Positions 20,507-29,506 of a DNA stretch of 64,000 nt are shown here, piece after piece. The stretch spans positions 8,533 through 72,532 of the forward strand of contig JANQEO010000157.1 in assembly GCA_028278325.1 (NCBI GenBank). The letters are read 5' to 3'. The notes under the pieces were generated by a model. That model worked only from the letters and a program-made list of their open reading frames with translations, was not told where the DNA came from and did not search any database. A program made the translations under genes and the position numbers. Each line of letters begins with the position of its first letter. Position 1 is the first letter of the stretch. The stretch is from Candidatus Binatia bacterium (lineage in GTDB: Bacteria > Desulfobacterota > Binatia > UBA1149 > JAJCZL01).

Positions 20507-21323
20507 CGCCGCTCTCGTCCCCGCTGAAGCCGATTACCGATACCCCTGCGGAGTCGGCCGCCTCGACCAGCCCTTCTGCCTCGAGGATGATCGTCGACCC
20601 CGCCTCCAAAGCCAGAACCGCGGCCCCGGCACCTGCCATAGTTTCAATCGTCGCGGGACCGACGGCCGGCACATCGAAACGCAGATCCTGGCCGGTCTTG
20701 GCCGCCTTGACCACGACGGCCTTGCCGCGGCCGATTTCGCCTGCACGCCGGATGGCGGCGTCCGTCCCTTCGATGGCCTCCACCGCCAGGATCATGCCGT
20801 TCTCGACAACCACGCTCTGGCCTACGTCCAGAGGACCGAGGGCGCGCAGCGCTCTCAGCCCCAGCGCGACGTCGGCGGCCACAGCCGGATCGGGCGCGGG
20901 GCCGGCGATCAGCCCCTTCGAGGAAACGATCTTGTCGAGGAAGAGAGTGGACGGCACGATCTCTATACCTTCGCTTTCGAACTCGCCGGCAAGGCGACGC
21001 AACAACGCATCGTCACCCTTGCCCAGGGACTTTCTCAAGAACTTGAGACCCCGCCAATCCGGCCTCACACTGGCCAAGCTCCTCGCCTTGTTTATACCGC
21101 CGGCCATGACCGCACGCTTGATCCCGGCTTTCTTGAACGTCGAGATCATCTTGCCGAGTTGGCCGACCCTGACCCAGGTCAGAGCGTCGACTTCGGGCTC
21201 GAGCTGTCGCGTAGTCTCGCCGCGGTGAGCCACCGCCGTCACGCCATAGCCGCGCGAACGTGCTTCGCGGGCGAAGATCAAGGGAAAGGTGCCGTTGCCT
21301 GCGATTAGGCCGATCTTTTCCAT
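20490..21323 (-). CDS. lpxI: UDP-2,3-diacylglucosamine pyrophosphatase LpxI
   Basis: GLIAGNG-FP, DVGQ, AVEAIEGTD, QDLRFDVPAVG. Confidence 0.93.
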   Translation of the reverse strand: MEKIGLIAGNGTFPLIFAREARSRGYGVTAVAHRGETTRQLEPEVDALTWVRVGQLGKMISTFKKAGIKRAVMAGGINKARSLASVRPDWRGLKFLRKSLGKGDDALLRRLAGEFESEGIEIVPSTLFLDKIVSSKGLIAGPAPDPAVAADVALGLRALRALGPLDVGQSVVVENGMILAVEAIEGTDAAIRRAGEIGRGKAVVVKAAKTGQDLRFDVPAVGPATIETMAGAGAAVLALEAGSTIILEAEGLVEAADSAGVSVIGFSGDESGDVSWT

Positions 21324-21334
21324 AGCGCTCGAGC

Positions 21335-22120
21335 TTAACGGCACACGCCGCGCTCGGAGTTCTCTACGAACTCACGCACCACCTTCACGTACTCGGAGTC
21401 GGCATACTCATCGGCCACGCGCGACAACGCGTCGCTGAGGCGCAGCGAAGACTGGAACAGTATCTTGTAAGCGCCCTTGATGTCGGCGATCGCCTTGCTG
21501 TCGAGGCCACGCCTCTTGAGGCCTACGATGTTGAGTCCGACTTGCTTGGCACGGTTGCCGTGAACCATGCAGTACGGGGGCACGTCGAGTACCACCATGG
21601 CCCCTCCGCCCAACATGGCGGACTGGCCGATTTTGACGTGTTGATGCACGGCTACCAGGCCACCGAGGATGGCGAAGTCTTCGATTACCACGTGACCGCC
21701 CATCGTCGCACAATTCGCCAGCACCACGCTGTCGCCGATCGTACAGTCATGGGCCACGTGCGAGTAGGACATGAGCAAGTTGCTGTGCCCGACCCTCGTC
21801 ACGCCGCCACCCCCTTCGGTGCCGCGATTGAGGCTGGCAAACTCCCGTATGCTGTTGTCGTTGCCTATCTCGAGAGTGGTAGGCTCTCCGGCATACTTGA
21901 GGTCCTGGGGCGCAGATCCGATGGTGGCGAACTGAAAAATATGATTCCCGCTGCCGATGCGGGTGCCGTCTTCGACGACGACATGTGGCCCGATCTGGGT
22001 GTCGTCACCTATGACGACGTCCGACCCTACGACGCTGTAGGCCCCGATCTTGACGCCTTGACCCAGTGACGCCCCCGAACCGACCACGGCGGTCTCGTGT
22101 ATTTCAGTCGGCCTAGTCAC
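21335..22120 (-). CDS. lpxA: Acyl-ACP--UDP-GlcNAc O-acyltransferase
   Basis: Hexapeptide repeats, PQDLKY, IRE, HVAHDC, HQ, GLNIVGLKR; alternative start 22138. Confidence 0.96.
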   Translation of the reverse strand: MTRPTEIHETAVVGSGASLGQGVKIGAYSVVGSDVVIGDDTQIGPHVVVEDGTRIGSGNHIFQFATIGSAPQDLKYAGEPTTLEIGNDNSIREFASLNRGTEGGGGVTRVGHSNLLMSYSHVAHDCTIGDSVVLANCATMGGHVVIEDFAILGGLVAVHQHVKIGQSAMLGGGAMVVLDVPPYCMVHGNRAKQVGLNIVGLKRRGLDSKAIADIKGAYKILFQSSLRLSDALSRVADEYADSEYVKVVREFVENSERGVCR

Positions 22121-22631
22121 CAGGACGTTTGGCCGCATTGGCCGCCTTGATAACCTCTTCGGTCAGGTCCGGTTTGTCGGACACGTAAAGCAGCGTGGAC
22201 GCGTCGAGGATCAGGTCATAGCCATGCTTCTCCCCGTAGTCCTGAATCACCTCGCGCAGGAACTCGTTGACCTTGGCCATTACTCCCGCCTCGGTCTTTC
22301 GAAGGCTCCGCTGGAAGTCTTCCTTGAGACGCTTGGCATCGAGTAGCTCGCGCTCGAGCTCCTCTCCCGCCTTCTTGCGCTCCTCCTCGCTCAACACCAT
22401 CGCACGGCGCTGGAGATCGGCCTCGAGATCCTTGATCTCCTCGAGCTTCTTCTCCAGCCCACCCTGAGCATCCTCCATCTTTTCCTTGAGTTCGGCCGCC
22501 GCGGCTTTGCCGACCTCGGTCTCGGCGATGAGCCGCTGGGTGATGATATAGCCGATCTTGAGATCCTCGGCGTGCAGCGGGGCGGCCGCTAGGACTGTAA
22601 ACAAGGTTGCCGTCAGAACTGTACGCATCAT
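22113..22631 (-). CDS. skp: OmpH/Skp periplasmic chaperone
   Basis: Signal peptide, KIGYI, coiled-coil, GYDLILD..DLTEEVIK; AAAGGAG upstream; follows bamA. Confidence 0.88.
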   Translation of the reverse strand: MMRTVLTATLFTVLAAAPLHAEDLKIGYIITQRLIAETEVGKAAAAELKEKMEDAQGGLEKKLEEIKDLEADLQRRAMVLSEEERKKAGEELERELLDAKRLKEDFQRSLRKTEAGVMAKVNEFLREVIQDYGEKHGYDLILDASTLLYVSDKPDLTEEVIKAANAAKRPGD

Positions 22632-22644
22632 GACTCCTTTCATA

Positions 22645-24975
22645 TCAAAACGGTGCACCGAACGAGAACTGGACGACGCTGGAGTCCTCATCGTCCTCCG
22701 GGTCCAGGGGATAGCCTATCTCCACGCGCAGCGGCCCCAAGGGCGAGAGCCACCTAATGCCCCAGCCCACAGCGTACCTCAAATCGCCTACATCCAGCCC
22801 GTCTTCGGCCGTAAACGCGTTGCCCGCATCGAAGAACAGGACGCCCTTGAAGCCGGCATCGGGGATGATGGGGATGAGGAAGTCGTTGTTGAATATCAGC
22901 TGGCTGCTCCCGCCGATCTCCTCTTCGTTGATGATCTCCCCATCGTCGATGGTCACACCGGTCGGACCGAGAGTGCGGGTCTCGAATCCTCGGTGGGAGT
23001 TTATACCGCCGGGAAAATACCGTTCGAACAGGGGCAGTTCCTCGCCGCTGGTTCCCGAATCCCCGATGCCGTAACCAAGAGTGGTGCCGAGGGAGTAGAC
23101 GAAGATCCTGCCGCCCTTGGTCCTGAACACCGGCCAGTACCAGCGCCCGCTCGCTTCGAGCTTGATGAAATCGGATTCGCCCCCAAGGCCGGCGAACTCA
23201 GCGGACAGCACTTGCCGTGACCCGCGCGCGGGATCGAAAGGATGATCGAGGGTGCTGCGGATCAACCGCGGCGATATGCTGCTCGTCAGCGAGGTTCCCT
23301 CCTCGATCTTGATTTCGGGCGGGGCATCTCCGGCAACCGCGTCGATCTCGGCCTGTTCCAGCCGGTACTCGAGTCCTATGCGCACGCGCGCCAGCGAAAG
23401 CCCGAGGAAAGACTCGTAGCCCAAATCACGCAGCGGATAGGATGATCTGATCGCGAAGCCGGTACCGCCGCGGTCGAAGTCGTCGAACTCGAGCTTCCAG
23501 TTGAACAGATCGCCCCCCAGACTCAGGGGGCGTCCCCCGAACCACGGCTCCGTGAAACTCAGCTGGAAGTTTTGCCTCGTGCTTCCGAAGTCGGCGTTGA
23601 GCACGGCACGCTGGGCGCGCCCGAAGAGGTTCTGCTCCGAAACACGGGCGTTGAACACGAAGTTGTCACCCGAACTGAAGCCGGCACCGGCAGAGAAGGT
23701 GCCGGTCCGGCCCTCCTTGACCTGCACCAGCAAGTCGAGCTGGTCCTCGACCTCCGTCCTGTTGGTGGTGAGCTCGACCTCGTCGAAGAAGCCCAGGCGC
23801 CTGATGGCCTCACGGCTCCGGCGCAGCCCCTCGCCCGAAAAGGTCTGGCCCTCGTGGATCTGCAGCTCCCTGCGGATGACGTGGTCACGGGTCTTGGTGT
23901 TGCCCCTTATCTCGACACGGCGAACGGTCACGCTGGGCCCGCTCGAGATCTCGAACACGATATCGACGAGACGGTCGGACTCGTTGATGCTCGTTTGGGG
24001 TACGACCTCGGCGAAGGCGTGGCCCAGATTGCCGTAGCCCTCGACCAGCGAGAATATCGCTTCCCTCAGCGCGCTGGCCTTGAAGCCGTCGCCGGTCTTG
24101 ACCCGGCTGAAGAAACGCAACTCGTCGTCGGTCATCAACAGATCACCGGCGAAGCTCACATCACCGACACTGTAGTGAGGCCCCTCGTCGATCTTCATCC
24201 GTATGATGAGGCCGTCATCGCCACGCTCGATCACGGGCTCGTCGATGCGCACCTGGATGTAGCCGTTGTCGTAGTAGAAGGCCGTCAAGCGCTCCACATC
24301 CGAAGCGATCTCGTCTTCGTTGAGCAAGCCTGCGCCGGTGAGCCAAGAAAACCACCACCGCTCCTTGGTTGCCATCACCTTGCGCAACCTGTCGTGGTCG
24401 AACGCCTTCACACCTTCGAACTTGATCTTGTCGACACGCACCAGCTCGCCTTCGTTGACCGCGTAGACGACCTTGACCTCCTGGTCACCGATCGGTCGCA
24501 GCTCTATCTCGATGGTGGTGTCGGGATACCCCTCGCTGGCGTACAGTTTGTGGGCGTCACGCAGCCCCTCCCACGCCTTCCGGGGGTCGTAGATGGCCCG
24601 CTCCCGTATCTTGACCTCGGCGGCGAGATCTTCCTCGGAAACCTCGTCGACGCCCTCGAACACGATCTCGGCCACGTAGGGGTGTTCCTTGACGTGGTAG
24701 GTCAGTATCGTGCCGGACTCGGCGGACAACTCGGTGACCCACACGTTCTCGAAGAGGCCGAGTTCGTAGATGGCCCGCACGTCGGAGTCGATCGCGTCGT
24801 AGTCGATCTCCTCTCCCGGCTGGATGGTGATCTGGGCCCTTACCGCACCCGCCTCCACTCGGTGGGTTCCCGCGACCCGCACTTCGGCGGCCCTGCTCGC
24901 GGCTCCCACCTGCGAGTAGGCCAACGATGAGAGCAGGAGTGCGGTGATGAGAAGTCGGCCCGAAGGTTTGCTCAA
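22645..24975 (-). CDS. bamA: Outer membrane protein assembly factor BamA
   Basis: POTRA repeats (GNTKTRDHVIRRE), barrel with RGF motif, SPLGPL, C-terminal Phe; TTG start overlapping lolD stop. Confidence 0.95.
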   Translation of the reverse strand: MSKPSGRLLITALLLSSLAYSQVGAASRAAEVRVAGTHRVEAGAVRAQITIQPGEEIDYDAIDSDVRAIYELGLFENVWVTELSAESGTILTYHVKEHPYVAEIVFEGVDEVSEEDLAAEVKIRERAIYDPRKAWEGLRDAHKLYASEGYPDTTIEIELRPIGDQEVKVVYAVNEGELVRVDKIKFEGVKAFDHDRLRKVMATKERWWFSWLTGAGLLNEDEIASDVERLTAFYYDNGYIQVRIDEPVIERGDDGLIIRMKIDEGPHYSVGDVSFAGDLLMTDDELRFFSRVKTGDGFKASALREAIFSLVEGYGNLGHAFAEVVPQTSINESDRLVDIVFEISSGPSVTVRRVEIRGNTKTRDHVIRRELQIHEGQTFSGEGLRRSREAIRRLGFFDEVELTTNRTEVEDQLDLLVQVKEGRTGTFSAGAGFSSGDNFVFNARVSEQNLFGRAQRAVLNADFGSTRQNFQLSFTEPWFGGRPLSLGGDLFNWKLEFDDFDRGGTGFAIRSSYPLRDLGYESFLGLSLARVRIGLEYRLEQAEIDAVAGDAPPEIKIEEGTSLTSSISPRLIRSTLDHPFDPARGSRQVLSAEFAGLGGESDFIKLEASGRWYWPVFRTKGGRIFVYSLGTTLGYGIGDSGTSGEELPLFERYFPGGINSHRGFETRTLGPTGVTIDDGEIINEEEIGGSSQLIFNNDFLIPIIPDAGFKGVLFFDAGNAFTAEDGLDVGDLRYAVGWGIRWLSPLGPLRVEIGYPLDPEDDEDSSVVQFSFGAPF

Positions 24976-25649
24976 CCGGTCTCCTCCTCCACCAGCAACC
25001 CATCCTTCAACCGTAGTGTCCGGTCCATGAGCGATGCGAGGGAAACACTGTGGGTAGCAACAACCATCGCACAACCCACCTTCGCCTGTGCATTGAGCAG
25101 CAGCCTGTAGATGCGGTCGGCCGACTCGGGGTCCAGGTTGCCGGTCGGCTCGTCGGCCAGTACGACCGAGGGTTCGGTCACCAGGGCGCGGGCGACGGCG
25201 ACACGCTGCTGCTCCCCGCCCGAGAGCTCTCCCGGCCTGTGAGTCGTTCGATCGACCAGGTCCACGCTCTCGAGCATGTCGAGGGCCCGCGATCTAGCGG
25301 TCGCACGGCTCTCCCCCCCTACCAGGAGCGGCATCATGACGTTCTCGAGAGCGTCGAAATCACCGAGCAGGTGATGGAACTGGAACACGAAGCCGATGGC
25401 GGAGTTGCGGAGCTCCGCCAGACGTTTCTCAGGCAACGCGAACAAGTCCTCATCATCCACCTTCACACTGCCGCCGTCGGGTCTATCGAGAGCACCGAGC
25501 AGATTCAGAAGCGTACTCTTGCCGACCCCCGATTGGCCGATAATGGCCGTAGTCTCGCCCTTGCCCACATGGAGGCTGGTGCCTCTGAGCACTTCGATGA
25601 TCCGGCGGCCGTCATCGTATTTCTTCTTGAGGTCAACCGCGTCCAGCAT
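24972..25649 (-). CDS. lolD: Lipoprotein-releasing ABC transporter ATPase
   Basis: [35 protein letters not shown]. Confidence 0.93.
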   Translation of the reverse strand: MLDAVDLKKKYDDGRRIIEVLRGTSLHVGKGETTAIIGQSGVGKSTLLNLLGALDRPDGGSVKVDDEDLFALPEKRLAELRNSAIGFVFQFHHLLGDFDALENVMMPLLVGGESRATARSRALDMLESVDLVDRTTHRPGELSGGEQQRVAVARALVTEPSVVLADEPTGNLDPESADRIYRLLLNAQAKVGCAMVVATHSVSLASLMDRTLRLKDGLLVEEETG

Positions 25650-25663
25650 CTACCGCTGCCGGC

Positions 25664-26908
25664 CTATTCATAGCGGAGGATATCGACCGGTACGACCCTC
25701 GACGCCTTCCATGCGGGGAACACGCTGGCGAGCAGGCAGATGGCCATCGAAGCGGCGCACACGAGCAGGAAGTTGTCGGCTTCGATACGCACGGGCAGCG
25801 TCGAAACGTAAAAGACCCCCTCCGGAAGATCGACGAACTGATACCGCTCCAAGCCCAGGCACGCGACAAACCCCGACAAGGCTCCCAGGGCGGTTCCCAG
25901 GGTGCCTATGAGCAATCCCTTGAGGACGAATATCGCCGCCACGCTCGAGCTGGTGGCGCCCATGGCCTTGAGGACCGCTATGTCCCTGCGCTTCTCCATT
26001 ACAACCATATAAAGGGTGGCAACGATGGCGAAGGCGGCAACGAGCAAGATGAGCATCAGAACGAGAAAGTATACCGTCTTCTCCAGCTTTAGAGCCGCGA
26101 ACACGTTCCTGTGTGCTTCAGTCCAACTCTGCACCCAGTACGGCATGCCGACCTTCTCACTCAGTTCCTCTGCGATCTCGGGAGCATCGTAGGGATCGGT
26201 GACTCTTGCCTCGACCCCGCTGGCAACCGGCCCGACGCCCACGACCGCGCGCGCGTCTTCGATGGCCAGGTAGACCAAACCCGAGTCGTATTCGGCCATC
26301 CCCGAGTCGTACATCGCCGCGATGTAGAAGCGCTTGCTGCGAGGCATCACGCCGAGAGGGTTGGCGGTAAGGGTCGGCGACATCACGTTTACGACATCCC
26401 CCATCGTGACACCGAGTTGGCGCGCCAGCGCCTTGCCCACCATGATGCCCCGCAGATCGGAGCCGTCGATACGCGCGGTACGCTTCAGATCGGATAAATT
26501 ACCGTCGGTGATGAACGGGACGATTCCAAAGGTGCTGCCGCCCGAAGACGCGTCGATTCCACGGGCGTATACGCCTGTCAGCTGTCCTCCCGAGGAGATG
26601 ATGAACTGAGCGTTGAAGATCGGCGCTGCCTCGACGACGCGCGGGTCCTCTTCCATGATATCGGCGAGCAGGTCGGCGCCCTCGACGGTGCCTGCGCTCA
26701 AGCGATTGACCAGACGCAGATGCGGGTGCAGACCCAATATCCGCGAACGCAGGTCCTCCTCGAAGCCCGTCATGACCGAAAGCGTTATGGTCATGACCGA
26801 GACGCCGAGCAGGACGCCGAGAGTGGAGATGACGGTTATGACGGAAAGGAAGGTCTCTTTGCGCCGCGAGCGGAGGTAACGAAGCCCGACCGTGAACTCC
26901 CAACGCAT
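25664..26908 (-). CDS. lolE: Lipoprotein-releasing ABC transporter permease LolC/E
   Basis: RYLRSRRK, SVMTGF, EKRRDIAVLKAMGA, P..ILRYE; single LolC/E (LolF-type) copy. Confidence 0.9.
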   Translation of the reverse strand: MRWEFTVGLRYLRSRRKETFLSVITVISTLGVLLGVSVMTITLSVMTGFEEDLRSRILGLHPHLRLVNRLSAGTVEGADLLADIMEEDPRVVEAAPIFNAQFIISSGGQLTGVYARGIDASSGGSTFGIVPFITDGNLSDLKRTARIDGSDLRGIMVGKALARQLGVTMGDVVNVMSPTLTANPLGVMPRSKRFYIAAMYDSGMAEYDSGLVYLAIEDARAVVGVGPVASGVEARVTDPYDAPEIAEELSEKVGMPYWVQSWTEAHRNVFAALKLEKTVYFLVLMLILLVAAFAIVATLYMVVMEKRRDIAVLKAMGATSSSVAAIFVLKGLLIGTLGTALGALSGFVACLGLERYQFVDLPEGVFYVSTLPVRIEADNFLLVCAASMAICLLASVFPAWKASRVVPVDILRYE

Positions 26909-26924
26909 GGCGTGCCCCGCAGAC

Positions 26925-28481
26925 TCAGTCCCGTGACTCGGGCTTGAGATGAGGAAACAGAACGACGTCGCGTATGGAAGTCGTCCCCGTCAGGATCATG
27001 ACCAGACGGTCCACGCCTATCCCTTCGCCGGCGGTTGGCGGCAGCCCGTACTCGAGAGCCCGAACGTAGTCGTCGTCCATCATGTGAGCCTCTAGGTCGC
27101 CCGCCTCTCTGCGCTCGAGTTGCTGAGAAAACCTCTTGCGCTGCTCCTCCGGATCATTCAGCTCCGAAAACCCGTTGGCGATCTCACGACCGGCGATGAA
27201 TAGCTCGAAACGGTCGACGAAGCGCGGATCATCAGTATTTTGCCTCGCCAGCGGTGAAACTTCGACAGGAAAGCCGGTCACGAAGGTCGGCTGGCGCAAC
27301 TCGCTCTCCATCATGTGCTCGAAGAGATCGACCAGCAGGCCCAGGCCGGGGGTGCGCTTGGCGGAATCGATCTCGAGGCGATCAGCGACCGCGTCCAGTT
27401 CGGAGCGAACCAGCACCGCCTCGGCCGACAGACCGGCCGCATCGGCAACTGCCTCGGCCATATTCAGGCGGGTGTAGGGCGCCGCGAGGTTCAAGTCCTC
27501 GCCTTCATAAGTAACCGTCGTAGACCCGCAAACGTCGGCTGCGAGGGTCTCCACCAGCTCTTCGGTCAGGACCATCAGGTCCTCGTAGGTCGCATAGGCC
27601 TGGTAGAACTCGAGCATGGTGAATTCCGGGTTGTGCTGAAGGGATATGCCTTCATTCCTAAAGTTTCGGTTTAATTCGAAGACGCGTTCGAACCCGCCTA
27701 CGACCAAACGCTTCAGGTAAAGCTCCGGTGCGATGCGAAGATACATGTCCATCGACAGCGCGTTGTGATGGGTGGCAAACGGGCGAGCCGCCGCTCCTCC
27801 CGCCACCGGCTGCATCATCGGGGTCTCTACTTCCAAATAGCCCCGCTGGGTAAGGAAATCCCTCAGCCCCGCCACGATGGCGGCGCGCTTGCGAAACGTG
27901 TCGCGTACCCCTTCGTTGACGATCAGGTCCACATAGCGGCGCCGGTACCTGGTCTCCTTGTCCGTCAGCCCGTGCCACTTCTCAGGGAGCGGACGCAGCG
28001 ACTTGACGAGGAGACGGAACGACTCGCATTTCAGCGTCAATTCGTCTGTGCGGGTACGAAAGAGCGTGCCGCAAACGCCGACAACGTCGCCTATGTCGAG
28101 CTTCTTGACCGCTCCATAGACCTCCTCGCCGAGGCCTTGGCGCTGTGTGTAGAGTTGAAGAGCACCGGTCTCGTCGACCAACTTGAGGAAGGTCGTCTTG
28201 CCGAAGCTGCGAATCGCGGTTACGCGCCCCGCCAAGCAATAGTTGCTCGAGTCGGCTTCGAGGTCGTCGGCGGAGGTATCACCGAAGCGTAGGACCAGCT
28301 CACGGCAACTTGCGTCCGGCTTGAAGTCGTTCGGGAAGGGCCTCCCGCCCTGCCTCAGCTCGGCGAGCTTGCCGCGCCGGACGGCTACCTGCTCGTCGTC
28401 GGCAAACGCACTCGAGGCGGCGGAATCTGCGGCCGGGCTGTCCCCTTCCCCCTCGGAACTCTTTGCCTCTTCCTTCGCCAT
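26925..28481 (-). CDS. lysS: Lysyl-tRNA synthetase (class II)
   Basis: PLPEKWHGL, GGAAARPF, LRIAPELYLKRL, FRNEG, HNPEF, GIGVDRL. Confidence 0.97.
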   Translation of the reverse strand: MAKEEAKSSEGEGDSPAADSAASSAFADDEQVAVRRGKLAELRQGGRPFPNDFKPDASCRELVLRFGDTSADDLEADSSNYCLAGRVTAIRSFGKTTFLKLVDETGALQLYTQRQGLGEEVYGAVKKLDIGDVVGVCGTLFRTRTDELTLKCESFRLLVKSLRPLPEKWHGLTDKETRYRRRYVDLIVNEGVRDTFRKRAAIVAGLRDFLTQRGYLEVETPMMQPVAGGAAARPFATHHNALSMDMYLRIAPELYLKRLVVGGFERVFELNRNFRNEGISLQHNPEFTMLEFYQAYATYEDLMVLTEELVETLAADVCGSTTVTYEGEDLNLAAPYTRLNMAEAVADAAGLSAEAVLVRSELDAVADRLEIDSAKRTPGLGLLVDLFEHMMESELRQPTFVTGFPVEVSPLARQNTDDPRFVDRFELFIAGREIANGFSELNDPEEQRKRFSQQLERREAGDLEAHMMDDDYVRALEYGLPPTAGEGIGVDRLVMILTGTTSIRDVVLFPHLKPESRD

Positions 28482-28587
28482 GTCGCGGCATTCCCCCGGC
28501 GGTCGCCGCAAGGTGTCAGACGCGTCGAACTCTATCGCGCCGATTTTAGGCAGTCAACTTGGTAAGGCACGCAGGATGCGCGAAAAC

Positions 28588-28616
28588 TTGAATCATCTAG
28601 GGGATTTACCTAGGCT
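28588..28616 (+). promoter_or_regulatory. Candidate sigma70 promoter of the gsp operon
   Basis: TTGAAT (28588-93), 17 nt, TAGGCT (28611-16) in the AT-richer divergent lysS/gspC gap; CTAGG-N7-CCTAG dyad at 28597-28613. Confidence 0.35.
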
Positions 28617-28651
28617 TCGCCATGTGGCGTCCAGCCGTGCAGCAACGCGCG

Positions 28652-29506
28652 ATGACGATGTTACGGTACTTCTTCATCGGTGTCGCTGCGTACTTCGGGG
28701 CGATGACCGTCACCACCCTCGTGGAATACTGGCTCGACTCGCAAACCCCGGATATCAGTCTTCAAGCAACCTTGCCCACTGAACCCGCGTTGGCGGACTC
28801 CCGCCGTACCGACACCGACTACTCCATCATCTTCAAACGCAGCCTGTTCGGCGCGGAAGCCGCCTCCACCCCCGACGCACCCGCGGCGGTTGCGGTCAGC
28901 GATCTAGCGTTGAAAGGAACCGCCGACATCCAGGGTGAGGGCTTTGCCGTCTTCGAAGAGGTGGACAGCGGCGAGCAGGACGTGTTCGCCGTCGGCGAAA
29001 GAATATTCGGCGGCCCCAAACTCGTGTCGGTGGCTACACGCAGCGCGGTGATCCTTCGCTCCGGACGCCGCCAAACCATAAAGATCGAGGACGATGAAGC
29101 GCCCGCGCCCTCGAAGAAGAAAGCACCCAAGCCGGGGGACAAAGGCAAGAAGCAGGAGCAGCTTTCCGGGATTCGCGAAACCGGAGAGGGAAGCTATCTG
29201 GTCGACCGGCGAGAGGTCGACCACGCCATCGAGAACCTGAACTCGGTGATAACGGAGGTTCGAGCGGTACCCTTCCTGCGAGACGGCAACAGCATGGGAT
29301 TTCGCTTGTTCGCCATAAAGCGCGGCTCCATCTTCGAGAGGATGGGCTTGAAGAACGGTGACGTGGTTCGCAACATCAACGGCACACAGTTAACGGACCC
29401 GTCCATGGCCATGGGGCTCCTGGGGGAGATCCAGACCGCAGAAGTGATCACCGTCGACCTGATACGTCAGAACAAAGCGAGTACGCTTACCTACAAGGTG
29501 CGATGA
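28652..29506 (+). CDS. gspC: Type II secretion protein GspC (PDZ-containing)
   Basis: N-terminal TM, HR domain (LKGT), C-terminal PDZ (GLKNGDVV..ING); first gene before the secretin. Confidence 0.88.
   Translation: MTMLRYFFIGVAAYFGAMTVTTLVEYWLDSQTPDISLQATLPTEPALADSRRTDTDYSIIFKRSLFGAEAASTPDAPAAVAVSDLALKGTADIQGEGFAVFEEVDSGEQDVFAVGERIFGGPKLVSVATRSAVILRSGRRQTIKIEDDEAPAPSKKKAPKPGDKGKKQEQLSGIRETGEGSYLVDRREVDHAIENLNSVITEVRAVPFLRDGNSMGFRLFAIKRGSIFERMGLKNGDVVRNINGTQLTDPSMAMGLLGEIQTAEVITVDLIRQNKASTLTYKVR

Noticed and set aside
23572-24930. 452-aa plus-strand ORF
   Set aside because: Antisense to bamA; no recognisable domain
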